From positions 59,396,001-59,460,000 of the forward strand of contig NC_043000.1 of the NCBI RefSeq assembly GCF_006345805.1: 64,000 nt of DNA, read 5' to 3'. The position numbers and the translations under genes were made by a program. Source of the DNA: Octopus sinensis (taxonomy: Eukaryota). The notes under the pieces are model-generated. The model searched no databases. It had not been told where the DNA came from and worked only from the letters and a program-made list of their open reading frames with translations. This document shows positions 1-12,400 of the stretch, in pieces. The stretch's first letter is position 1. Each line of letters begins with the position of its first letter.

Positions 1-216
1 ATATATATATGTATGTGTTTGTGTGTCTGTGTTTGTCCCCCTAGCATTGCTTGACAACCGATGCTGGTGTGTTTATGTCCCCGTCACTTAGCGGTTCGGC
101 AAAAGAGACCGATAGAATAAGTACTGGGCTTACAAAGATTTGCTCGACTAAAGGCGGTGCTCCAGCATGGCCGCAGTCAAATGACTGAAACAAGTAAAAG
201 AGAGAGTAAAAGAGTA
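1..216 (+). mobile_element. 3' part of a tRNA-derived octopus SINE (OR2/CORE-like, family A)
   Basis: Body (GATGCTGGTGTGTTTA.GTCCCCGT.ACTTAGCGGTTCGGCAAAAGAGACCGATAGAATAAGTACT...CCAGCATGGCCGCAGTC) recurs at ~1990-2375, 5855-6163, 23423-23772 and 56647-57055; ends in an (AAAAGAGT)-like tail. Confidence 0.8.
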
Positions 217-817
217 AACACTTTCAAACTTCGGTCACTGGTAGAATGTGTCATATAAAACATCTTTTACTCTTAGCACTTTTGAGAAAAACTTATATTT
301 ACGAAGTTATTTCACCTTAAAATTCTCGTATTTCGATAATTTCAACCAATCAATGACGTGTATTCAGCTGAATAAAATTACTGCCGTTGTTTGTCAACAA
401 CAACTATCGGCGGTGTATTTTTCGTTTGTCACTGTTATTTATGACATCGTTCGTGCGTTTGTACAGGTTTAAAGGTTTTAGGGTTAGGGTTAGGGTTAGT
501 GTTTTAGGGCTAGGGTTAAGGTTTTAGTGTTATGGTTAGGGTTTTAGGGTTAGGGTTGTCATAAATAACAGTGACAAACGAAATATACACCGCCGGAAGT
601 TCTTGTTAACAAACAACAGCAGTAATTTTATTCAGCTGAATACACGTCATTGATTGGTTGAAATTATCGAAATACGAGAACTTTAAGGTGAAATAACTTC
701 GTAAATATAAGTTTATCTCAAAAATGCTAAGAGTAAAACATATTTTATATGACACATTCTACCAGTGTCCGAAGTTTGAAGGTGTTCAGTTACAAAAAAT
801 TACTTTTTAGATCTGTA
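217..817. mobile_element. foldback/MITE-like non-autonomous DNA element with 230-bp inverted arms and a telomeric-repeat spacer
   Basis: 217-446 and 557-786 are near-identical inverted repeats; spacer 447-556 holds TTAGGG/TTTTAGGG variants; right end ...AGATCTG|TA. Confidence 0.8.
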
Positions 818-1191
818 GGTAAAGATCCTTTAATTAGTCATGACTTTTCTTATTTTTTGATATTTTCAGAATATTTTTGTAACTTGATCTTTGTGGTTTT
901 CATCACTGTTTACAATTATCTTTAAAAAATTTTTATGTATTATACAGATGTAATTTTTGACGCTGAATCCGAATTTGTTATTCATTTATTCCAGAAAAAA
1001 TTCCACAAAAATGTTAACGTGTTCAAAGTTTGATAATTTTCAAAATTTTCAGCCAATCAGAAAACAGCACATTCGCTGCCTCTTCCCCTTATCTTGATCG
1101 AGTTCTGTCTTATGGCTAATGAAAATATTACCCCAACACCTTTTTTTTTTTTTTTTTTTTTACGGAGGTCTAGGCCCAACGAGGAATAGCA

Positions 1192-1930
1192 ATGTCTTCA
1201 AGAAAGTACTTAGGCGGATACCAGAAATGCCAACTCAAAGAAAAGCAATATAACGAAATTTCTAAATGTCAAAAACTATCAAACTATTTTACAAAATATA
1301 AGTTTTACGTCTCTAAAAGTTTGTCATTACCTGCAACTGAAACAAGCCATGCAAGCACCAGTGAAGTCAATGAAAGTGCACAAAGCACGAGTGCTTTGTT
1401 TAGCAATAATCAACCTACTGTTGACACTTTTGGTGCAGATGATGATCCGCCGCACGGGACGGGACCATCGGATAGTTTTTGTTCCTTTGTGTTTGAGCGC
1501 ACGTGACTTAGCTCTGACAAGGCACACTTCATGCTTCGCCTCGGAGAAATGGTGGAGGTGTCATTCCCACTGCTAGTACATCGGTCGCAATGCCTTTACT
1601 AATCGTCTCTTGAGGTTGCTCACTAGTTCTGTCTCAAATCTATTTCTGCTACTAGTTCTTTGTTAAACGCTAACGATTCTGCTCTAATCGCCCTCTTCAG
1701 CGCCGCACCATTGATTGTTGACGATTATCCTAATCAACTGTCGTTTAACTAATTAGCTACTCCAGTCTCCATCATCTTGTTTTCCCAAATGACTCAAAAT
1801 AAATATTAAAGTATATCCCACTGGAACGGGAGTAGTTCTGAACCAAATATTACCACAGTGACCCAGATAATTTTGATAATGAAATTATAACAAAATTAAT
1901 TCCTGTACGGGACCCTCAACAGGCCGAAAT
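1192..1930 (+). mobile_element. possible decayed 5' end of a hAT (ZMYM1/TTF-like) transposase
   Basis: MSSRKYLGGYQKCQLKEKQ...KCQKLSNYF and downstream DPDNF...ITKLI..GP.Q resemble the N-terminus of ZMYM1-like hAT transposases; no catalytic domain seen. Confidence 0.35.
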
Positions 1931-1989
1931 GATGGAGAAGACGCAATACTTACAGAGCTCAAGTTACCCTGTCTTGATCATATTATTTT

Positions 1990-2375
1990 TTTGCTTGTTT
2001 CAGTCATCTGACTGCTGTCATGCAGGAGTATCGCCTTAAAATGTTTTAGTTGGAGAAATTGGCCCCAGAATTTATTCTTTGTAAGCCTAGTATTTATTCT
2101 ATCGGTTTCTTGTGCCGAACTGGTAAATTACGGGGTGTAAACACACCAGCATCGGTTGTCAAGCGATGGCAGACAGAGGCAACACACATAAATACACACG
2201 CGCGCGCGCGCGCGACCGGCTTCTTCCAGTTTCCGTCTACCAAATCTACTCACAAGGCTTTGCTCGGGCCGAGGCTATAGTAGAAGACATTTGCCCAAGG
2301 TGCCACGCAGTGGGACTGAAACCGGAACTATGTGGTTGGGGAGCAAGCTTCTTATCACACAGCCACGCCTGCGCC
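1990..2375 (-). mobile_element. near full-length family A SINE
   Basis: Minus-strand head GGCGCAGGCGTGGCTGTGTGATAAGAAGCTTGC (A-box), GGTTTCAGTCCC (B-box-like), CORE-like ACCTTGGGCAAATG; shares body with 1-216. Confidence 0.8.
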
Positions 2376-2382
2376 TATGGCG

Positions 2383-2452
<70 letters not shown>

Positions 2453-2468
2453 TAATAATAATAATAAT
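2383..2468. repeat. (AAT)n microsatellite
   Basis: ~28 units with one AAC variant; explains the poly-N/I/Y ORFs. Confidence 0.97.
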
Positions 2469-2549
2469 CGTTTCTAATAAAGGCACAAAACCTGAAATTT
2501 TGAGGGAGGGGACTAAACAATTACATCGACCCTAGTAATAAATGGTTTA

Positions 2550-4885
2550 CATCGCATGTTTTTCGAATTCTTTGTACATTTGAGCAAAGCTCAATTAGAG
2601 GCTCTTGATGTTGTCTGATGCAAGAAAAAAAAATGTAGATATTTCGAGAACGAATCACTGACAAAAAGCAACCTTTCGTCGTAAAATGATCTGATGTAGT
2701 TGACATGTATTCGTTGCCAAAATCCAGATGTTTTTGGCCATTAGTTATAATCTTTTCTGGTGCATTGGTAACTGGTCGAGATATTGGACAATTGCAGCTA
2801 TATCAGATACCAGATGCTTAACAATCGCAGCTATACCAGATTGCATTTTTGGCCCGTAGCAGTTCCTAAAACTCATTTGTTTCATTCGGGTCATGACTCA
2901 ATGATCTTCATGCAGTTTAATCAGAATTTCATTCCGTAATATTTTCTCAATAATTACTCTACGAAAATTGGACTGCAAAATTAATTAAATTTCCGTGCTA
3001 ATTAATTGGGTCACGTTTTATCCAGTTTTCTTCTAAATGTTCGTCTTCAATATTTAGTTTTCCCGACAAACTATAATCGACGAATTATTTCGAGTAATAT
3101 CGATTTCAGACTTCCTGGTTGATTCTATTTCTTTAGTGGCAACCATGATTCCATCTAGACTTTAATCAATGCTTTGGTGTATTTCAATTTCAGATAGAAG
3201 GATTTTTATGCCTTTCGCCAAAATCGCAATCAGATCTCATCTGCGGTCTTGATAATGTATTTGTAATTTTTATGTTGCTTCGAAACTTTATATCTTACAG
3301 TATAATTTGTACGATGTCACTAACGTCGTCTAACGCTGCAGTTGTTGAGATGTTGGTACCGGTTCATTTTTATCCTATGGTTGTGATCGGTGATTAATTC
3401 AGAATTTCGTCCCTAATTATAAGTAGACAATTTCTCTTCGCGAACATCACCGTTGATGTGCATTCAGTGTTTCAGATGTATGCATCAATGAACGTTCAAC
3501 TGTCTTTTTACGTTGTAGCTAAACTAATCCACAGAACTGGCCCTAAACTTGCTAGCTCTCATAACATACTTTATTTTTATATTCCCTTTAATTTCGGAGA
3601 TCCCAAATGCAGAATGTAACGTTCTTAAGCACTTGACAGCTCAAGTAACTGCTCAAATTTCCAAGACTTTAAAACGACCATGCTGATCCTACATTGACCA
3701 ATGACTCAGATACTACCAAAATTTTCATATGAATGGTATGTTCATTTTCGTACAGTATAAGTGCTATATCGATTCTCGAAGAAAATGCTAATGCTTCATT
3801 TTCATTCTTTGAAATAGGTAATTTTTAAAGCTGAATTTGTATTTTTCCGGATTATCTTTGTGCCAGATAATCACCAAGGCTTGTTGATGAAAATAAAAAT
3901 CACATTTTACTTTACGTCATTTCAAACTCACTGTCCAAATGATGATATCATTCATATACGATGCACAATACTTAATTCTAGATAACATTTGATCGGCAAG
4001 ACGTTGAAATATAAATAGAGGTGTAAAATCAAGAATGGTATTCGTTGTCAATTCCTAGGATCGATAAGTGTGTCGCGTTGAAATGTATGCCCGTTACCAA
4101 ATGTCGTGGATTCAATAAATGTATTGTTGTGTCGGCTGCGTGTTATTCCATAGTGAACAGACGCAAACATAACAGTATATTTTTATTACAAGATTTATTG
4201 AAAATTTCTGATGATTGCTGACTGAGAATGTAAGAAGCAGTATCGAACCTCGATGTAACAAATATATATAGTAATGATTGGTTATGCTCAAGAAGCAGGA
4301 AAGAGCTGGTCTGCAATTACGAAGAATTTCTTTCATTTCTAGCCGGATTCAGCAAAGGAAGACTTGGTATTTGTTTGGTAAGAGGTGAGATGTGTGTTCT
4401 CCGTAGCTCTCTCAAACCTTTGCGATTGATCTGGTTTGCTTGTGGGGAAGGTTGAGAATGTGTTATCTGGTGACGGTCTCAAACATCTGCGACTGTTCTT
4501 GACGGGCTTTCGCCTAAATTCTAAGAAGAGCGCGCGAAATTCAAGGACATTGCAGATGATGTTCATATGGCGTAGTATCCCTGCAATCAGGACATATCGT
4601 ATGACTTGAGCGTGATCTCCGAGAGTCTCGGACCTGACAACCGAGGATTTTAAGATCGATTCTAAATCTCACTATAGGCGTAATTTTAATTTTTTCTGTT
4701 GATTCAGTCTGTAAATATACGTTTTGTAAATCGATTGCACTGAATTTTTTTCTGCTCTTTAGTTTCTGGAATAGTTCATATCTCGGCATTGGGTAGTGAT
4801 CATTATTTCGTTTGTCGATAAAGTATCAGACAACTACTAAGTCCAATATATCGATTATAGTCCACCTCTGTAGTTGAAGCCATAG
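2550..4885 (-). mobile_element. decayed Ty3/Gypsy LTR-retrotransposon pol (RT-RNaseH-integrase), interrupted by an insertion at ~4060-4670
   Basis: Minus-strand fragments in Gypsy order. RT: DHYPMP..ELFQKLKSRKKFSAIDLQNVYLQ (~4800-4700) and IFQRLADQML...ASYMNDIII (~4010-3935). RNaseH: GRNSELITDH, QLQR*. Integrase Zn-finger: RVIIEKILRNEILIKLHEDH*..RMKQ (~2960-2870). Integrase core: WQRIHVNY...VSDSFSKY (~2720-2640). Many stops and frameshifts. Confidence 0.82.
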
Positions 4886-5468
4886 ACTAACGTGAATATT
4901 CAATATTTAGTACAAAAATCATGACAATTATATGAAGAAATAGTCTGTGGAAAGTATTTGACAAAATTGTTTAAAAACAAAATATAGCATTGACAAATTG
5001 AAATAGTAATTTCTGACTTAGGTACAAAGCCAGTAATTTCAAGGGGAAAGATTTGGTTGATAACACTGACCTCAATACTTGACTGATACTTTATTTTACT
5101 GACCTCAAAAGAAGAGAGACAAAATCGACTGTGGCAGGATTTGAACTCAGAATATAAAGAGCTAGAGCAAGTGCCACAAAGCATGTTTTCCAATGCTTAT
5201 AAGAATTGTTTTTGACTTAGGCAATAAATAGGCAAGCAAATTTGAAGGTGGCAGGGAGGGATTGATACCATTGATTCCAGTACTTTATTTTATTGATCCA
5301 GAAAGGTGGAAAATAAAGTTAACCACAGTAAACTTTGAAATCAGATCATAAAGAGCTGGAAGAAATTGTGCAATTTGTTTACAAAATTTATTCCATACTC
5401 AGTCCATCATCATTTTTGACAGGTACTATGCTAGTCAGAAAAAATAATGCACATTTAATTATAGTCAT

Positions 5469-5700
5469 AGGTGCAGACATGAATATGTGGTAAAGAAGCT
5501 TGCTTCCCAACCATATAATTTTGGGTTCAGTCTCACTGCACATCACCTTCTCTTAAAAGCAACCAGCACACTCTGTAAAAATGGATGGTGTTAGGAAGGG
5601 CATCCAGCCATAGAAACCATGTTAAATCAGCTCTGGTAAAACCGTCCAATCCAGGCCAGCATAGACAATGGATGTTAAACGATGATGATTATGATGATGA
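5469..5700 (+). mobile_element. SINE: tRNA-like head joined to an RTE-type 3' end with (GAT)n tail (family C)
   Basis: Head as in family A, then GTTAGGAAGGGCATCCAGC...CCAGCAT...TTAAACGATGATGAT. The same 3' block recurs at ~10585-10745, 13030-13210, 14312-14690 and 16160-16393. Confidence 0.65.
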
Positions 5701-6257
5701 ATCTCCCCTGTCATATGTCCAAAGATGGTCAAAGCTAGAAATCTTTGGATTTTGTGCTAACATTGAAGGATCAATCTGTTGGAATGTTTTTATTTAGTAA
5801 TTATGTAGCAAACAGACTGTATATTTAAAAATCAAAACCATTTTAAATAGATTTGGAGTAACACCTTGAAGAATGTTTAGTTGACTAAATCAACCCCAGT
5901 ACTAATTCTTTTAAGTCCAATACTTATTCTATCAGTCTCTTTTCCCAAACTGCTAAGTTATGGGGATGTAAACATACCAACAACAGTTGTCATGCGAGGG
6001 ACAAACACAGGCACAAAGACACACATATAGATGTATACCAAATCCACCCACAAGGTTTGGGTTGGTCAGAAGCTACAGTAGAAGACACTTGTCCAAGTTG
6101 CTGCACAGTGGAATTCACATGGTTGGGAAGCAAGCTTCTTACCACACAGCCATGCCTCCGCCAGTTTAAAATCTTTACATTTTTTACTTAGTCTGTTGTC
6201 AGCTAATTTATAAGCATTTAAAACAATCAAAATAAAAAGTTTTTAATTAAAAAAATA

Positions 6258-6263
6258 TTTATT
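6258..6263 (-). terminator. candidate polyadenylation signal of DNAJC19
   Basis: AATAAA on the minus strand about 85 nt after the stop, followed by U-rich sequence. Confidence 0.55.
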
Positions 6264-6347
6264 TCTACAGAGTATGAATAAAAAACATCACTGTAACAGT
6301 TGGGAAATAATTTCCAAAATGTCAAATATTTCTTGTTATTAAGTTAC

Positions 6348-6415
6348 TTAGTTTTTATTATTTTCTAAATAGTCTTTAGCTTCATTGATTTTAGCTGCTA
6401 AATATGGAGATCCAC
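6348..6415 (-). CDS. DNAJC19: DNAJC19 coding exon 6 (terminal)
   Basis: ttcag|(G)GSPYLAAKINEAKDYLENNKN*, TAA at 6350-6348. Confidence 0.96.
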
Positions 6416-9400
6416 CTGAAAATAAACACAAATCAAAGAAAAGTTTACAACATATCCATATTACAATATAATGATGAAAGAATAATTTATGATGGAAGTA
6501 GTAATGTGTCAATGCATTAGGAAAATATACTTTGCATTGAGGCAAACATAGTAATAAAAGAATATTAAATATAGTATCAAAATTAACTGGAAGTGCTGTA
6601 TCTCAAATTTCACATAACTATCAATAGCGGTTTTATTCTCTGTTCCTTTGAATGGCATCATTGGCTAAGAATAAAGTTTTTAAAAGTGAAACTTTTCATT
6701 GGTAAAAGCAACAGTCTAAGGAACCAGTAACCAAAAACCATCTACTACTTGAATAGTTTGTTGGAAATTGCAGAGAGATTCTATTTCTTTATTGCCAGAA
6801 GTGAGATGCAACTTAGCAGGAAAGTATGAATAAAGGAGACTGAGAATCTGCAGTATCATGAGAAAAACAAGTTCTTAAGGATAGCTAGTCTTTAACTTCC
6901 CTGTTATAACCTGAAAAACTATAATAAACAGTAGATGGCTAAGAATTGAACTCGAATGGACACCTACTTGTGTGCAAATTCATTGCTGACCTTGTTGCTA
7001 AGGTTCTCCAAAGGCATTCATCTATACATTGTTTTCTTAGCAACCTCCAGACTACAGAATGTCATACTAAAAGGCCTTCACAAGGTTAATGAATGCTTAC
7101 TATAGTGGTATGCTATAAAGAAATTCTCTTGTAATTGTCTTACTGAGAAGTGGGTATCAGTGGTACTCTATTCAAGCACAAACCTGAACTGCAAACTCAT
7201 CAAAGCTAATTTTCCTCTTAATTAGTTATATACCACTTTCTAGAACATCTCCTTTGACCATGTAGTAAGTGATAATGAAACTGCTACACCAGTCAGTGGA
7301 AATGATCACTTCCTGCTTGACTTGATTGACTTCGTGAATGAGTGAATGACTAGTGCATATCCTACTTTGCTTGATATTTTCAGCATCTCAGAGACTATCT
7401 CTGATAGTCAAGCTGCTTTTCATGCCTTTATAACCTTATCAACCATATATATAGCTGGTGCTACTTCTGAAACTACTTCTTGAATCTCTTCATTGGATTC
7501 TTCTTATAGTAGTATTTCCATATCACCTTCTTGGCACAAGAGAAGGCAAATGCACTGCTACCATTGCATACACACTTCTTACCTATGATGTCTTAATCCA
7601 TATTAACACATTGCTTTGAAATCTAGAATGCCTTATTCCTCTATAAAATCAGCAAACTTTCTACTTTTCTCCTTGATAAGTCTACTTGACATCTAGCCAT
7701 TCTTTTAGCTACCTGACATTGTTCCTGGTTCTCCCCTTTTATTCCTGATTTGTCTCTTAGCTTTTATGGCTCTCATTAACATACTACTACTACCACTATG
7801 TCACATTCCATTTGACTGGAATCTTGCTCTACCTACAGATCCAGTCTGTGGCCTGCAGTAAGTTGCCTTATCTGTTTTGCAAGCCTCTATCTCCTCTTCT
7901 TTCAAGACAGAGATATTACATAGTACATTTCTGAACTTTTATTCAGCTTCCATTCTTTCCTTCTACAGATTGTCTTGTACCTCTTGGTTCAACTAGATCT
8001 TACTCTGGTCTCATAAATACCTAGACTTTATTAGGTGGTACATTCTTCATCAAGAAAAGAGTTTGTATTCACAGCCGGCTGTCTATTAGGTTTTCTGGTT
8101 AGTACAAAGTCTTTCTAGTTTGTTTGTTTGGAGTGGTAGAGGTACATGATCAACCAATTCCAAAGAGCAAAAGCCATTACAGAGGAGACAATATGTCTGT
8201 GCATTAATAGGCTAAAGTGCATCTGTGACAATCAGTTGGGTGGCCCTTCTCTAGATGTGACCCAAGGTATCAATGTAGAAGCAGCACAGCCCCAGATGTG
8301 GGAGCAGTACTCAACTGTGGGCATTACTCAAGTCTCCTGGAACGTCAGTAGCTGTTGGGGACTGAAATATCTTCAGGCCTTTAGAAGGGCTAGTCTTTAG
8401 AGATGTAGTTCTAACTGTATGAAGGATGTACTTTTGCCAGGAAAGATCCTTGGTAGTAGTGAGGTCCAACATTTGAAGTAAGTGTGAAGGCTCTAATGTT
8501 TAGAAAGGGTATGGTGTGGTAGTGTTTCCTTGATATGCATAATGCTCAAGTTTTTTTGTTGTTAATAGGGACAAGGTTGCTATGGCCTCAATCAATGCAT
8601 GTCTGACAAGTTGTATTAAGGTTGCATGTGGATAATTCATGGATAACGAACCTTAAGTAGAAATGAAGGATTGTGTAATCTGTGTGCGAGGGGGTGCAAA
8701 GAAAGTATTGATGTATAAAGGATAGAGGGAGAAAGTGACAGAACAGAACTGAGAAATATCAGACTTGATGGAGAAGGGGGCTGAAAAAGCACCATCAACA
8801 TATGCCACGATAGTATGATCTGTTAGAAAGCTGCAGATCCAGGAAATGATAGATAAGAGCCATAGGTGGGAGGAAGTTTTGATAGGAGACTTGCATGCCA
8901 GATATGGTTGAAAGCTTTCCTGAATATAATAAATGCTTCTTGTATAGAAGCATAAAGTGCATATTTGATGTTCAAGGTCCCCAGAAAGTAGAGAAGACTT
9001 ACCTCTGTCTGGATGGTTTAAAAGCATAATTCTTTTGTGGGCTTCTTTAAGTTTAGATTTACTCACAGATGGGCTAAAATAGAAAATAGAAAGAATTTAC
9101 TAATCTTACTGTGTTTTCTTTAAACCAAGCAATTCTTTAAGTATATAAAGAAAACAAGGTACAGATTATACTTCACACACATACTCGTTTACATACATAA
9201 GAAATTTACATAGAAGTTTGGACTGATGCCTTGTGAGTAAATTTGGAAAATGGAACCTGCAAGAAGCTCATTATAAGCGTGTGTGTTGAATGGTGATATT
9301 GTACAGCATTGTTTGTTACAGGTTGAGTGACAGCAGTAACAATTTCATTCCTTGGAGGCATTATAACTGATTGCTTTACACTTTCAAACACCCCTGGAAT

Positions 9401-12400
9401 CAAAAATCCCTTATTTATATGTTTTACAATCAGGTTAAATCTATATATAACTATAGCTGTATCCCTACAGGCGTTATATATCAACACAAAGATGCAGATA
9501 TGGTTGTGAGATGTAGGTATGGCTGTGAAGTGCAGGCATGGTTGTATGGTTCAAAAGTTTGCGTCCCAATCATGTGGTTTCAGGTTCAGTTCCACGGTGT
9601 CACCATGGGCTGGTGTTTTCTTCCAACCAAAGCCATGTGATTAAATTTGGTAGGCAGAAACTGAAAGAAGTTTGTTATATGTGTGTGTGTGTGTGTGTGT
9701 GTGGTCCTGACATCATGAGATGGTCATAAATAAGTACCACCATCATACAAGAGATGTTGCTTGTTTGTAATCCTCTATGAAAAATATGTGTGGCTATGGG
9801 GAAATCTTATCTTGCTTGGAAACAGGTGAGTGTTGACAACAGAAAGGACATCTAGTCATAGAAAATGTCACAATGAATTCCATCTGAGTCATGTATGCAA
9901 GGAAAAGTGGGCATTAAAATGATCAGATACAATATTTTCTACTCAAGAAGACAGAATATCTTCTCAATTAGACCTACAGCACAGAGATATTTAATTAAAT
10001 GCATATATATAACATGTCTTAGTATGGTCTGGAACTACAGCATGGCACAGAGTGAGGGCTCAGGAAGTTCCTACAGTGAAGATATGCAAGGTAGTCTGAT
10101 TCCTTAAAATTCGTAGAGAGAGAGAGAAAACATAGTCGCGGTAATACATCATAAAGTACTGACTATGATTGTCTGATTAGCAGTTTTTGCTTGGTGTTTA
10201 TAGAAGTGATAGTGATCCAATGACATTGTTGCAGTAATATTCTAGAGAACTAAGGTGGCAAGCTGGCAGAAACGTTAGCATGCTGGGCAAAATGCTAAGC
10301 AGTATTTTGTCCTGAGTTCAAATTCCACTAAAGTTGACTTTGTCTTTCATCCCTTCGGGGGTTGATCTAATCCACTGACCCTCTACAAAAATTTCAGGCT
10401 TTGTGCCTAAAGTAGAAAAGAATATTCTAGAGAACAGCTGAGATAATTTCAAATCATAGAAGCTGAAAGATATGCAAGCAAAGAGTGAAAAGTATTCAAA
10501 CTGATTCCACCCAGAAAGTACACTGAATGCCAAATGTTTTCTAAATTTTCTTTTACATCTCTTATGTAAGTAAACTATCATATTCATCATCATCATCGTC
10601 CATTTTCCATGCTGGCATGGGTTGGACGGTTTGACTGAGGTCTGGAGAGCCAGGCTCCAATCTGATCTGGCAATGTTTCTACAGCTGGATGCCCTTCTTA
10701 ATGCCAACCACTCTGAGATAGGAGTGGGTGCTTTTTACGTGCCACACAGTCTTGCATTCCAAAATACTTCAGTTCTTTGGTTCTCACGTTGCTGAACATT
10801 GGCAAACTTCTTTTCTGCTACTCCCTTGGCTATATATACCTGTCTCTTAGCTTCCCTTTTGGCTATCTGACACATTCTCCTGCTACCCCAACTCTTCCAG
10901 GCATTCCAAGCCTGTTTCTTTGCTCTAATAGCCCTGTCTACAGTATTGTTCCACCACCATGTTACCCTAGGTCAGGAAGGGACTTTGCAGGAATTCCCAG
11001 CTGTCTTCTATGTCACAGAACTGTAGCTCCTCCTCCCTATCATCAAATTTCTCAGTAAGGATATCCCTAAACTCTGACCATATGAAGGGTTCCTAAGCTT
11101 CCAAGTCCTTCTTTTCCAGATTGGTCTGCTTTTTGGCATCCTTCTGGCTTGAGTCTAAAGTCACTAATAACTAGTCTATGTTGGGGGGTACATTCTTCAC
11201 CAGGGAGGGTCTTTGTATTTAAGAGCAACCATGCACCCCGCTGTCTGGTGAGAATGAAATTGATCTGGTTAGCAGATTGATAGGTTATCAGATGGTTAGA
11301 TGGCTTCCTGAAGTTGGTGTTGCAGATCAATAGGTTATTTGCATCACAGAACTCCAGGAGCCTAGTTTCCTCTTCATTTCATGGCCCCCATGTACACCAT
11401 GGAAGATACCAGAATGCAGTCTGACATGCCCATTAAAATCTCCACCCACAACGATGAGATCATTGTCACTCATCTTTGAGGTAGCTTGCAGAGGAATATA
11501 AAACAATCCTTCTGTTCATTTGGTAGGTCTGCTTGTGGGGCATAGGCAGAGAAAACCATTCAGCAAGACTCGCCTGAGTTTAAGTACTCTATCGCACACT
11601 CTCACTACCTTTATGACCTTATCCACCCATTTCTCTGCTAGAAGTATGCCCACATCCCCTATTCCATCGCTATTACCTTCCTAGAAGAGTTTATACCTAT
11701 GTGCTTTGCCTGTGAGGACTCTGGCTGAAGCTCCTCTCCATCTTACCTCTTGTACGCAACATACATCAACATGTCTCTGTTCAAGCATCTCTACAATCTT
11801 GCTAGACCTATCTTTCAATGTGCCTACATTTAGAGTGCCAACTCTGAAAACTGAGAAAGAGATATGGGAGATAACACAGGAAGGAGAGATGTTATTCAGT
11901 ACCCGAAGAGAACATTTGGTAACAGGCATGATGATATTTGTTCTTGCTTTTAACGTACTGTCATTCAAATATGTTAGAGTTGTTAAGGTTGTTACCTCGG
12001 GGCGGGGGTGGGAGGTGGAATGAGGAAGCATTGTATATGAAAGTATTTGGGGCATTGTAAATATAAGTGTCATGAGCCTTGTGGGTGAAGCAGTATTGAT
12101 GCTGCAGAGATGTGTAAATAAATAAAAAAAAAAATAAATAAATAAGTAAGAGTGAGAGAGAAAGAGATTTCCGGTATTGGTGGTGGGTGTGGGAAAGGGT
12201 GGGTGCAACCACTGACATAAAAGGTCATTTTAAGGGCTAGAGCAAACAAGAAGGAGTTATACATGTAGCCAAGAAACAAGGTCAGACATTGTAGAGTTAG
12301 AACAAACAAGAAAGAATTATTTTGGAGAATAGATGAGTTTGAATGAATGAGGCAATTAAAAACAAGGGAGATTCTTAGCTTAGCTGTGCATATTTTCGAG

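Noticed and set aside
466-556. True telomere or chromosome-fusion site
   Set aside because: Short, degenerate, single orientation and enclosed by inverted arms of a mobile element.
2290-2375. tRNA genes (A/B-box-like sequences here and at 5469, 10255, 23700-23860, 56647)
   Set aside because: No cloverleaf; each continues into a shared SINE body.
2166-2535. ORFs with poly-Asn, poly-Ile and poly-Tyr
   Set aside because: Translations of the (AAT)n microsatellite and the adjacent SINE.
8653-9002. Extended DNAJC19 C-terminus suggested by ORF 8653-9066
   Set aside because: The exon ends at a consensus donor (9002); the rest is read-through into a LINE fragment, and the conserved last exon is at 6348-6415.
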